Assembly (NCBI GenBank): GCA_051530055.1 | Contig: CM121343.1 | Coordinates: forward strand, 3,256,389-3,320,388 | Length of the DNA: 64,000 nt | Source of the DNA: Neoechinorhynchus agilis | Taxonomy: Eukaryota; Animalia; Acanthocephala | Direction of reading: 5' to 3' | Part shown: one piece after another, positions 53,824 to 64,000 of the stretch | Position numbering within the stretch: position 1 is the first letter of the stretch | How the letters are laid out: each line of letters starts with the position of its first letter | Made by a program: the position numbers and the translations under genes | The notes under the pieces: generated by a model | Told to the model about the DNA's origin: nothing | Database searches by the model: none | The model's input: the letters and a program-made list of their open reading frames with translations, nothing else

Positions 53824-55130
53824 ATATTTCCCTTCCGTTATTATGATTCATCTCTGAAAATAAAAAACCCAAAGTAATGATCATATCGAGAGAAAATCCA
53901 TCGGGATGGTAAATTTTGACTTGTGTGGTGAATATATTAAATATTTAAAACCTTACAAGCAATGATTGAGAAGGCGAGGTTTCCTCCTTCGGAATATTTC
54001 AAAACAATAAAATGATTTTTTTTGAGTAGGACGAGTATATTCACCACACACACAAGTCAAAACAAAATATTGAGTCATTACAAAAAAGTTGATTCGAATT
54101 AACAATTCCCACAAAGCAGTTCTCGTTCATTTTATCGCACTGGATTGCGAATATTTCCCTTCCGTTATTATGATTCATCTCTGAAAATAAAAACACAAAG
54201 TATTGATAATATCGAGAGAAAATCCATCGGGATGGTAAATTTTGACTTGTGTGGTGAATATATTAAATATTTAAAAACTTACAAGCAATGATTGAGAAGG
54301 CAAGGTTTCCTCCTTCGGAATATTTCAAAACAATAAAATGATTTTTTTTGAGTAGGGCGAGTATATTCACCACACACACAAGTCAAAACAAAATATTGAG
54401 TCATTACAAAAAAGTTGATTAGAATTAACAATCCCCACAAAGCAGTTCTCGTTCATTTTATCGAACTGGATTGCGAATATTTCCCTTCCATTATTATGAT
54501 TCATCTCTGAAAATAAAAACACAAAGTATTGATAATATCGAGAGAAAATCCATCGGGATGGTAAATTTTGACTTGTGTGGTGAATATATTAAATATTTAA
54601 AAACTTACAAGCAATGATTGAGAAGGCAAGGTTTCCTCCTTCGGAATATTTCAAAACAATAAAATGATTTTTTTTGAGTAGGGCGAGTATATTCACCACA
54701 CACACAAGTCAAAACAAAATATTGAGTCATTACAAAAAAGTTGATTAGGATTAACAATCCCCACAAAGCAGTTCTCGTTCATTTTATAGAACTGGATTGC
54801 GAATATTTCCCTTCCATTATTATGATTCATCTCTGAAAATAAAAACACAAAGTATTGATAATATCGAGAGAAAATCCATCGGGATGGTAAATTTTGACTT
54901 GTGTGGTGAATATATTAAATATTTAAAAACTTACAAGCAATGATTGAGAAGGCGAGGTTTCCTCCTTCGGAATATTTCAAAACAATAAAATGATTTTTTT
55001 TGAGTAGGGCGAGTATATTAACCACACACACAAGTCAAAACAAAATATTGAGTCATTACAAAAAAGTTGATTAGGATTAACAATCCCCACAAAGCAGTTC
55101 TCGTTCATTTTATCGAACTGGATTGCGAAT
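53824..55130. repeat. Tandem array, ~326-bp unit, 4 copies, each a hairpin element with a family-D hammerhead remnant
   Basis: Units start at 53824, 54151, 54477 and 54803; UUGAGAA..GAGG uuu CCUC..GGAAUAUU; arms match the Penelope pseudo-LTR at 18540-18592. Confidence 0.95.
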
Positions 55131-55239
55131 AAGACACGGTTATAAGTCTAGATTTCCTAGGGTTTAACAATTCGCTCACCCATAAAAAGGTATGCCGATT
55201 GAGCGTATAGATTAGAAATTCAGATCGAAAAAATCTATC

Positions 55240-55640
55240 GGGATGTTGAATTTTGACTTGTGGCGAAGATACTCGCCCGGCTAAAAATCATTTTATTTTT
55301 CTGAAATATTTGGAAAGAGGAAACCTCGCCTTATCAATCATTGTTAAAGTGTTAAAACGACGTTCAAGTGCGGTTTTAACACTTTAACAATGATTGATAA
55401 GACGAGGTTTCCTCTCTTTCGAAATATTTCAGAACAATAAAATGATTTTTAGCCGGGCGAGTATATTCACCACAAGTCAATATTCGATTTATTTGAGATA
55501 TTTTGAGGGAGGTAACCTCGCCCCATCAATCATTCTAAAAAAGCAATGATTGATAAGGCGAGGTTTGATTGTTCGAAATATTTCAAAAGAATAAAGTGAT
55601 TTTCAACCGGGCGAGTATATTAACCACACAAGTAAAAACA
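55240..55640. mobile_element. Two adjacent head-to-head hammerhead palindromes (families D and E)
   Basis: Central hairpin aatcattgttaaagtgttaaaac / gttttaacactttaacaatgatt; UUGAUAA cores on both strands; second pair at about 55490-55640. Confidence 0.8.
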
Positions 55641-56165
55641 TTTTAGAAATTGATTTAAATCATCGATAGCCTTGGCATGTAAAGCATTGGTTCTACGCAG
55701 CACGGTCTCTGATCGTGACTATAACGATTGATAAATTTTAATCTGAATTTCTGATCTAATGAACTACAAAATGCACTTTAAGTGACGGAAATTATGACTA
55801 TACCGTCGAGCCAATATTTACCCGAAGTCCTCTAAAAGATCCAGATTTAATTTCTTCGGGCGTATTTTTAATTCAACTGACCGAATTGTATTGTGTGCTT
55901 TCGGACTCGCTTATTGATTTCAAGGTAAATTGAAGATGCAATAATTATAGATTTTAGATTATAAACTCAATTCATTTTAAAGTTCTTGGTTTGAATGTGT
56001 GGGATAAAAGATTCGGTTTAGAAAAACCCGACACGACGTATAAAAAGTATGACGTAATTTGCCTTAAAATCAACTCACTGATCTCCGTCTTTTAAAAAGG
56101 CGCGTGTATTTCCGAAAGAGCTCAATAGTTGTTTTAACTATGAGCAACTCTTCAATTTAGTAAAA

Positions 56166-58815
56166 ATGAAAATCGACCAGGAGGGTGCTATAATTGCGCT
56201 TCATCTTCTTACGACATTGTTTCTCCAAGTTCTTACGACTGGTTAGTCATTAAAGTATTATTCGTTCGATTTAAGCGTTCGTGGCTGCATAGTCGGTTGT
56301 AGTGCTTCCTTCCAGGAATATTCGTCCCCGACGGCTATTCGACAAACAGTAGACGATCTTCTGAATCGTCTTAAAAACAACGATAATGATTTTGCAACGC
56401 TCTATAGCCTTGCAGCTGCCTATTTGGCTTTGAATGACAATCGCAGTGCCAAAAATGCGCTGCTGAAAGTCGTTCGAATAAAACCCGAATTCCACGCGGT
56501 GAGTATTCAAGCATTTTATCTCAATTAATGTCGTTTTTCCGTTTAGGCTCGACTGCGATTGGCTGAAATTGAAATTAAACAAGGATTGTTTAAATCACTG
56601 ATTCTTCCTTTTAAATCCAAAGTTGTAATTCAAATCGCATCAACCACCTTTTTGGTATTTTTTAAATGAAATGGTTTATGTTTTACTCCGGATTTAATTT
56701 GACTAATCTATATTTCCAATATTCGGGTTCTAGAACACTTACAAGGGCAAATAAATTTAAAATGGAAAAACCCCAAATTATTTTTACCTTGAAGCCGTGC
56801 ATTCGGTCGATGTTGATATTTAGGTCGCTTGTCGACACCCGATGATTATTTCGACTGAATGAATCAGTCATTATCAATTCAGGATGCCGACAAGCGACCT
56901 AAATAACAACTTAAATTGTTTTGTTTGAAAATTGAACTATTCATACAAGAATTTATTGAGTCCTTGTGAATTTATCAAGGTTGTTTGGAGTTTTGGACTT
57001 CTTGAAACCCAGAAGTTCAAAGAATAGGTTTTTAAACATACCGTCCTTATTGGTAAACTTTGAAACCGATATAGATTGCTTCTTAAAGTCTAATGTGGCG
57101 AGATCTAAACAGTGCTTCAAACGCATTTTCTGTTAAATTCTTTTCCCAAAAATGAAATTTGCGAACCTAAAAATAAACGAGCTCCAGATCGAGTTTACGA
57201 AACAAAATCAATATTTCGAAAAAATACAATGATTCCACATCGATTCCCTTTACGCTGTTTTCCTCGGTTTTTTTAAATTTGACTGAACGTTAAAGTAGCT
57301 CACAGAAACTATTTTTAAAAATTCGTTTATTGAAATAATAATAATTTAAACGAGTTTTTAAAGTGTTCTATATTGTCTGAAGAACGAAGAATCAATGTTA
57401 TAACGAAAGTCAAGAGAACATTGAACGTGTAGTATCATCTCACTTGGTGTCCAATGAGGATGAATTGTTCGCTCACGAGCTCAAGGACCGAGTAGATTAC
57501 GCTTTAGGTCAATTATTGCAATTAAATGATTTGATTAAATCGAAGCAGCTTCTACTTGCATCACGTCTATGTTCATCGCTTGTACAAGTAGTCAATCTGA
57601 ACATCGATTTGCGCATAAAATTGGCATTTTTAAACGTTCAATTGGACAGATATATGCACGCGATACAGGAACTCAAATTCGCCCATCAAATTGATCCGAA
57701 TAACTTAGAAGTTGTCAAGAACATGACAGCGCATTTTGTGACCATGGGTGAAGTCGATCAATCCGCTCTTTGGATTCGCCAGTGTCTTAAGATTGATCCG
57801 GATAATAATGAATTATTAAAGGAATTCAAACGCTTAAAACCTCTTGGAACTGCGTTCGCAAACATAAAGACTATGGTAAAAGAGGAACGATACAAGGAGT
57901 GTGGAGATGAGTTAGCGAGCATTGGTCGTGCGGCGGCTTCGGACGGCAACGTACGACGGATGAGTAGAACTGATTGATCAGCTATTGGACGAATCGAATA
58001 CAAAGTTTGCGTTTCGCAATGAGCCAGTAGGTTTGTCCATGTTTAAGTCCAATTTGAGACCTTATAGATGCCGATGCCACAAAGATGTCGAAATTTGTGA
58101 ACAAGAATTACAGGGGATTGAGAAAAGTCCCAGACCGATTGCTGGATCAGGGATGTTGGATGACGTTGACCGCGTTTTGATCTTTCTCGAAATGTCCAAT
58201 CTATATACTGAGGACGATGACAATGATTTTGACAAGGCATCGAATTATCTAAGAAAGGCCATGGAAATTACTTCTTCGTTGCTTGAACGTTCTCAACGGC
58301 TACAATTTGACGATGAGACTGTATACGATAGAGTTGGAGTTGATAGCATTCAGTCTGAAATGAGCTTGGATGAGATGAATGAGAAAGTTAAAGCTCAGTT
58401 GAAAGAAATTGCGCACAGGAAAGAAGAGGTGGAGAAAAACGCAAGTAAGCAAGATCATTACAAGATGCTCGGGGTTTCTAAGAAAGCAACTACAAAAGAG
58501 ATCAACAAAGCTTATCGGAAGCTCGCGAAGAAGTTCCATCCGGATCGTTTTCAAGGAGAAGAAAAGGAGAGGGCACAGAAAAAATTTATACAGATAACAC
58601 GGGCTAAGGAGGTATTGACCAACCCAGAAAACAGGAAGATGTATGATAGTGGTGTGGATCCATCGGATCCCATGAGCGGTCAACAGAAAGCTAACGCGTT
58701 CAAACAGCATTTTAACTTTCCATTCGGTGGATTTGATAATTTCGATCCATTTGAACATGGCTCCGGATTCCAACGGCAAGGAAGCGGGTTTACGTTTAGA
58801 TTCCACTTCGGCTAA
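56166..58815 (+). CDS. DNAJC3: DnaJ homolog subfamily C member 3 (P58IPK): signal peptide, TPR repeats, C-terminal J domain
   Basis: AYLAL..KPEFHAARLRL; IRQCLKIDPDN; QDHYKMLGV..EINKAYRKLAKKFHPDRF..KKFIQITRAKEVLTNPENRKMYDSGVDP; ends FTFRFHFG. Confidence 0.95.
56818..56904 (-). mobile_element. Small hairpin element with a U3-A8 hammerhead-like core (family F) in a DNAJC3 intron
   Basis: 17-bp arms atttaggtcgcttgtcg; - strand UUGAUAA-U-GACUG/CAGUC-GAAAUAAUC at 56877-56844. Confidence 0.6.
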
Positions 58816-59069
58816 AACCTCCATGAATGCGTTCATTCTTCTATATAAATCCGAATTATGATTAAAACCTAAAATATGGGCAATGATGGATAGAGAATTT
58901 AAAAAATTATAATTTAGATTTCAGAATAACACATTTTGAGTATTTTAAATCCTGTCAAATACGCGTTTTAAACAAAAACCAACCATTTTTAAGTATCTGA
59001 ATGACTTTTCGAAATTGATAAATTTATATGCATCATCGCTATTAGCTTCTCGTCTTTAAAATATTCAAA

Positions 59070-59931
59070 ATTGTTCCAACCTGGACAACTACTTTCTACT
59101 TGTGGAGGAATTAAATCGTCGGTAAACATAATCCAGAAAGCAGATTCTTAAGAAATTCTCAAGCGCCGAGTGCTGTATTAAAGCCGAACATCGGCGGTGA
59201 GGCTGGCTTTCACGGAGTTTTGAAGAACAAACCCGAGGAATTATAGTGTTCATGATCTTTAAATTTCCTCAATTGCAAAGAAAATAAAAACCCACTGCCT
59301 AAATGGCACTTTGAAGTTTTCGAAAATTGGTATCGTCAGCCATAAAAACTTTCTATTTAGAGCGATAAAGCACAACTGGACACTAATCAAATCATTTATA
59401 GTTTAACTCCTGACAAAACTACCCGTGACTTGGTGTCGAAATGTATGGCGAAGGCTGATAGGTTCTTAGAGAAGAATTCCCCAAGGACTTGGGACTTTGA
59501 TATTTTCAAATTCGAACAAGAAGCCGGACCGGAAACATTTGCAACTGTAAGTAGTCAATCCTTTTGGATAAAACAATGATAATAGAAAATCTTCAGCTGA
59601 ATCAAACGAGGATTTATTCCTAATGGATCTCCAATCGAGCTACAAAACCAACATCTATCACAATTATATTCGCGCAGCGAGTGTTTTACATAAGTCTTAT
59701 CTCCTTCTTGAGGAATTCGTCAAATACGAGCACTATGCTCGTTGGATTCGAGGTTTTCGGATTAAGACGATCTTACCATGTCCCTTGCTTCAATGGCAAA
59801 AAGGTCGAAGTAACGAATTCTTTGTTAGCATTATGGATACGGTGGTAAGTTATTGGATTGCGTTTTACGATATCTGGTGCCTCTTTAAAGTTAATTTTGG
59901 ATTTTCCGGTAAAAAAATATATATCAGTTAA
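59070..59931 (+). CDS. Divergent cyclic-nucleotide phosphodiesterase-like sequence (possibly catalytically dead, or a pseudogene)
   Basis: WDFDIF and YHNYIRAASVLH resemble the PDEase_I WxFDIF and YHNxxHAADV motifs. Confidence 0.4.
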
Positions 59932-60090
59932 CCACAATCCGTCGCATTATTTTCCTTGGTCAGAAAAGCGTCAGTTGCAAATTTAACCAGATCGAGCTGG
60001 TGGAATTCACCAAGCCTGGCTCTTCTTCACCATTCTACCTTCCCGTTTATTCAAAATTGTCTTCGTTTAGGAATTATTGTTTAGGATACA

Positions 60091-60207
60091 AGTGGATGAA
60101 CTCGACGAGGTTCGCAGAACGTCTTTAATAAATAATCATTTACCGCGGGTGTAGACTTCAAAACAATAATTTCAATCACATTCCCCGGTACCTCACAAAT
60201 CGACGTC
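60091..60207 (+). mobile_element. Solo, 5'-truncated family-A arm
   Basis: gatgaactcgacgaggttcgcagaacgtctttaataaa..cggtacctcacaaatcga is the reverse complement of about 3041-3145. Confidence 0.75.
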
Positions 60208-60304
60208 TTTGTTTAGGCTATTCGATAAGTTCCGTAGTCGTTGGTCACGGCGGGTTTCTCCTATGCGAACTGTCCAAGGAGTAGCGGCCCAAACAATGAT
60301 AAAA

Positions 60305-60972
60305 CTTTTAATCTATCCCTTTCTTATCCGGCTTATTTTTAGGCATAAAGCCAAACCAATTACATCAGAGAAGTGATATAACCACATAGTCTCTAATGTC
60401 GGTTAAGAGTTTGTACATTCCTCCGGATCCTCAGATACCTCAAGGAGGCGGGACTCATCAGTGAGTTTCCTCCCTTCAGCGGTCTGATGTAATTGGTTTG
60501 GCTTTATGCCTAAAAATAAGCCGGACAAGAAAGGGATAGATTAAAATTTAATGATGATAACAATACGGCTTGCCAGTAAAACTTAAAATAGAACACAGCG
60601 CTCATCCTGAGTCGATAAACTGGCTGAGTTTGACATTTCGTAGTTGTGTCGAGGTGGTCAAGTGGACTAATGCCCGTGATCCCGACGAAGGGTCAAGTTG
60701 TTCGAATCCGTTACCACCAATGACGCACGGCCAAAGGGGACGAAATACCGCTGAAGGGAGGAAACTCACTGATAAGTCCCGCCTCCTCGGGAGGTATCTG
60801 AGGATCCGGAGGAATGTACAAACTCTTAACCGACATTAGAGACTATGTGGTTATATCACTTCTCTGATGTTATTGGTTTGGCTTTATGCCTAAATAAATA
60901 AGCCGGACAAGAAAGAGATAGATTAAAATTTAATGATGATAACAATACCGGCTTGCCAGTAAAAACTTAAAA
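60305..60972 (+). mobile_element. tRNA-headed SINE (60642-60972) preceded by an inverted copy and a direct partial copy of its own 3' half
   Basis: A-box 60655-60665, B-box 60700-60709; 60305-60480 is the reverse complement of the SINE 3' part; 60481-60585 repeats the tail directly. Confidence 0.75.
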
Positions 60973-62699
60973 TAATGATAAAACTGTGATGGAAAACTAC
61001 AGTTCATCAATTGCTTGAACAATTCAACTTCGTCCTGATAACGATTTTATCCATCACCTCAAGGAAGAGGATATACGGACTTTAAGGCAAATAACGATTG
61101 ACTTAGAAAAAAAGGAGAATTTTAGATCTAGATAGGATTTCTTTGTAGCACGTTAAGAATGGAATCCTCCTGGATAATTTCGATTGGGAATCTTCGCTTG
61201 ATCGACTGAATGCGTGTCGATTGATTATAAAGATGGCTGACGATGCGGAATGTTGTAGGTCCTGGACGATTTATTAGAAGTTTGCCAGAAAAATGCAGGA
61301 CGAATGGTACGATCAATTTTATCCGCTAAACTTATGATCCACTCTATTTGTTTGTCATCGATTTTAGGCCGACGAGGAACAAGCGAGAAAAATGCTTGTT
61401 TCTCTGTGTACTGTGAACGGAGAAGAGTTGATGAAATAGAAGCACAGCTAACAATTATTAAAGAAGTGGGGGTTCCGCTTTTAGCAACTCCTCAAAAACT
61501 ATTTAAAATGCCGAAAAATTGGAGGGCTCAAGAAAGCCTTAAAAGAACTACAAAAAATTAAAGTTTAATTTTAACATTTTTGTTCTGAATGGATTCTGGG
61601 ATTTAGTAAAGCACTGTTCTCACCTTTAGGAAAGAGGCAATCGCGACAAAGATTTCGTCCTTATAAAATCCTTCCTTTAGCTATGCTGAGACTAGAAAGA
61701 TGGCAGAATAGTGGATACTAAGATAATTTCTTAAAATGTAAATTCTCAAGTGATATTGTAAATCTGTGTATCATTGTTTTTTTTTCAAACCGAATCGTGA
61801 AGAACCGGGACGATTAATTGCGATCTTCCCATAATTTAATTCCGTTTGAACGACGTAGTTTTTCACAGGAGTGTTAGAGATTGATTTTAGATGAATAATC
61901 TTCTACTGATTTTATCCTTTCGTCTTTAAGAGTTTGTCTAGGAATTATTGAATCGTTTATGTAGCAAGGAGAGTCTTGAGCCTTTTGTTAATTTCTACCG
62001 AAAACGGCGCTCCGCTTTTCCCATGTTTTTAAACTTTAGTAATTTAATCTTCTTAGTAACTCTTTCATTTACACACACAGAATGACAAAACGTTTCAACA
62101 ATCACCACCGTCCACGAAGAAGAGGCATCGCTCTCCCCTCAATGGTCGCGACCACACTCTCTGCGCTTCCTCTTTGGATCGCAAGACCAAATAAAAAAGA
62201 ATAGTATGAAGATTATAATTTATTATTGCCAGCATTGGCTGCTTGCTTAAACGGACACAAATAGCAAACGTTGCCCGTTTGCCAAATCCAACTTGGTAAG
62301 TCCATTCTGAACCAAACTTGCTATTTCGAGCGCGCCATGCGCTGGTAACAAGCAATCAAAGAAGCGAGTCTTCGGTGCAGGGAGGTGTGGCGTCCGTGGC
62401 GAAAAGAAGAAAGCAAAAAATACATTGAATTGGAATACGACAATGATTTCGGGGCATTCGAAGAACTCGGGGAGTCGACGTTTAAATATGCGACACATTT
62501 GACCGTCGAATGAGGGTTGTCCATGTGAATTTAATCTTTGATGCATCCGTTTGCTATTATTGTCATTCTTGAGAAGGTGTTTTAAAAAGAGTTCTAATCG
62601 CTTAGATGTCTTTTGACTAATAAAGTTATTACCTCGTTTTAGTGTAATTTTCTGCAAATAGTCGGTACTTTAGTCATTGTTTGAAAATTGAATTATTCA

Positions 62700-62770
62700 G
62701 GTTTGTTTACGGCGGAAAATTTAAAGGAATTTTTTATTAAATCCTATATTTCGGCACAATCTTGGCTTGT
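62700..62770 (-). repeat. Partial family-B element
   Basis: ggcggaaaatttaaaggaattttt..atatttcggcacaatcttg matches 29505-29565. Confidence 0.6.
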
Positions 62771-63311
62771 TCCCTGCGACGTGAAAATGTGGTGCCAAGA
62801 CGGACATCACAGGAACCCAAGGGCTCGATTGATCCAAACCGAACGGCATTCCATCTCTCCTCGAGGCCCGAATACGATTGCTAAGAGCAACTTGTGTCTT
62901 GTAGTTTTCAGGAGCCGGTAAGTGGCGAAAAAGAGAGAAATAAAAATGCGTTGATCCGTAAATCTACACTTTTTTAACCTCCTGATGCCGTCGGATCAAG
63001 CGCCGCATAATTTTTTAAGAAAAAGATTGGAAAATGGTTAGTCGCAACAACAAGGGGCAGCCAACTATTTTTTATCATAGATTGAGCGATTCAGAAAAGA
63101 AATGGTGGAAAAAAACGAGTAACTACAAAAATTTTGCGAGATTTCCTCCACGATTGTCAAATAATTCAGGACAAAAAATTTCACAAAACCTTATAATGTC
63201 ACATTTCGTTAAGTATTTGTTCTTTTTTTAATTATTTTAGTAAAGACGATATATAAAAGGGTTTAAAAAGACAAATCCGCTTATTCGCATCTTTGCTTAC
63301 GAGACGAAGAT

Positions 63312-63656
63312 CTACTTTAGCATTTTATCAATTTGGTCGATCATTCCCTTCAAGGCATCCCATTGGGCAACTTTAAGGGATATTCCTTTACGTCCCGGTT
63401 TAAGTTTTCCGTCTGATTTTTCTACATAATACTCTCGAATGTCCACGAGCTTTGAACCTTTGAACTCATTTACGGTAACATACTTATTCTGACCGATAAG
63501 CAATCCGGCAAATTCTTTTGTGTCTTTTGAACGGTTGCTCTTCGTTTCAGCAACGTCGATCTTGGGCCTTTTCTTACTTGGGGAAAGATCATGTGGATCT
63601 ACAATTGCTTCATCGTTCGAAGAATCGATAAACTCCTTGGATTTGATAGTTGGCAT
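63312..63656 (-). CDS. SUB1: Transcriptional coactivator PC4 (single exon)
   Basis: MPTIKSKEFIDSS..IGQNKYVTVNEFKGSKLVDIREYY..KPGRKGISLKVAQWDALK. Confidence 0.95.
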   Translation of the reverse strand: MPTIKSKEFIDSSNDEAIVDPHDLSPSKKRPKIDVAETKSNRSKDTKEFAGLLIGQNKYVTVNEFKGSKLVDIREYYVEKSDGKLKPGRKGISLKVAQWDALKGMIDQIDKMLK

Positions 63657-64000
63657 TAGAGATCTAAAACCGTAATTTAACAAAAATCCCACTCATTGAG
63701 TGTAAAATATCACCTTCGTGCAATCAAAAATGGAAAACTAAAATGGCTACTTTTGCATTTATAATGAAAGTTCGGCGTTCTTCCGGCTTTGTTTGACCGC
63801 ATTCATCATGTTCAGTCAATCCGAAGCCAACGATAATCATGGAAATCGGACGATGAAGTACTTTATAATGAATTTTCTTTAAAAAATTAGTGATTTCTCA
63901 CACAAAGGCGATCACTCAAACTTTTGAAACTGCAGATAATGCAAAGAGATTGTCATATTCAGCTAACGGATTATCTTAGTCAAAAGAAATCTAAACCTGG

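Noticed and set aside
62095-62657. Overlapping minus-strand ORFs with coding-like composition
   Set aside because: No recognisable motif or exon structure could be supported

Overview
AT-rich, gene-dense animal genomic DNA with mostly short (about 45-70 nt) spliceosomal introns. It is not prokaryotic and has no CRISPR array. A Pro/Val-rich protein type that I recall from rotifer proteomes hints at a syndermatan (rotifer/Seison/acanthocephalan) host; this is inference only. Recognisable genes: headcase (HECA), RIM, an ATP8B-type P4-ATPase, PPCS, AHCYL1-like, delta-COP, DONSON-like, DNAJC3 and PC4/SUB1, plus several unidentified ORFs. Intergenic DNA holds decayed LINE, CRE-like, Ty3/gypsy and Penelope retroelements, a tRNA-headed SINE and six tandem arrays. 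Two signals stand out. (1) Three introns in conserved genes (two in the P4-ATPase, one in PPCS) best restore the conserved protein when read AT..AG, AT..AG and AT..AA. All three are phase 2, have the +1 A paired in a predicted stem with the intron's own 3' region, and have a competing GT nearby that gives a truncated or altered product. Only A-to-G changes are needed to make them GT..AG, which suggests A-to-I-editing-gated or structure-dependent splicing. (2) The window is full of minimal type I hammerhead ribozymes from at least six sequence families derived from Penelope pseudo-LTRs. They occur as palindromic or hairpin mini-elements (one with a 12-bp target-site duplication) and as tandem arrays, with repeated C3-G8 to U3-A8 core covariation and shared flanking motifs. 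All folding and alignments were done by eye; no database searches were run.
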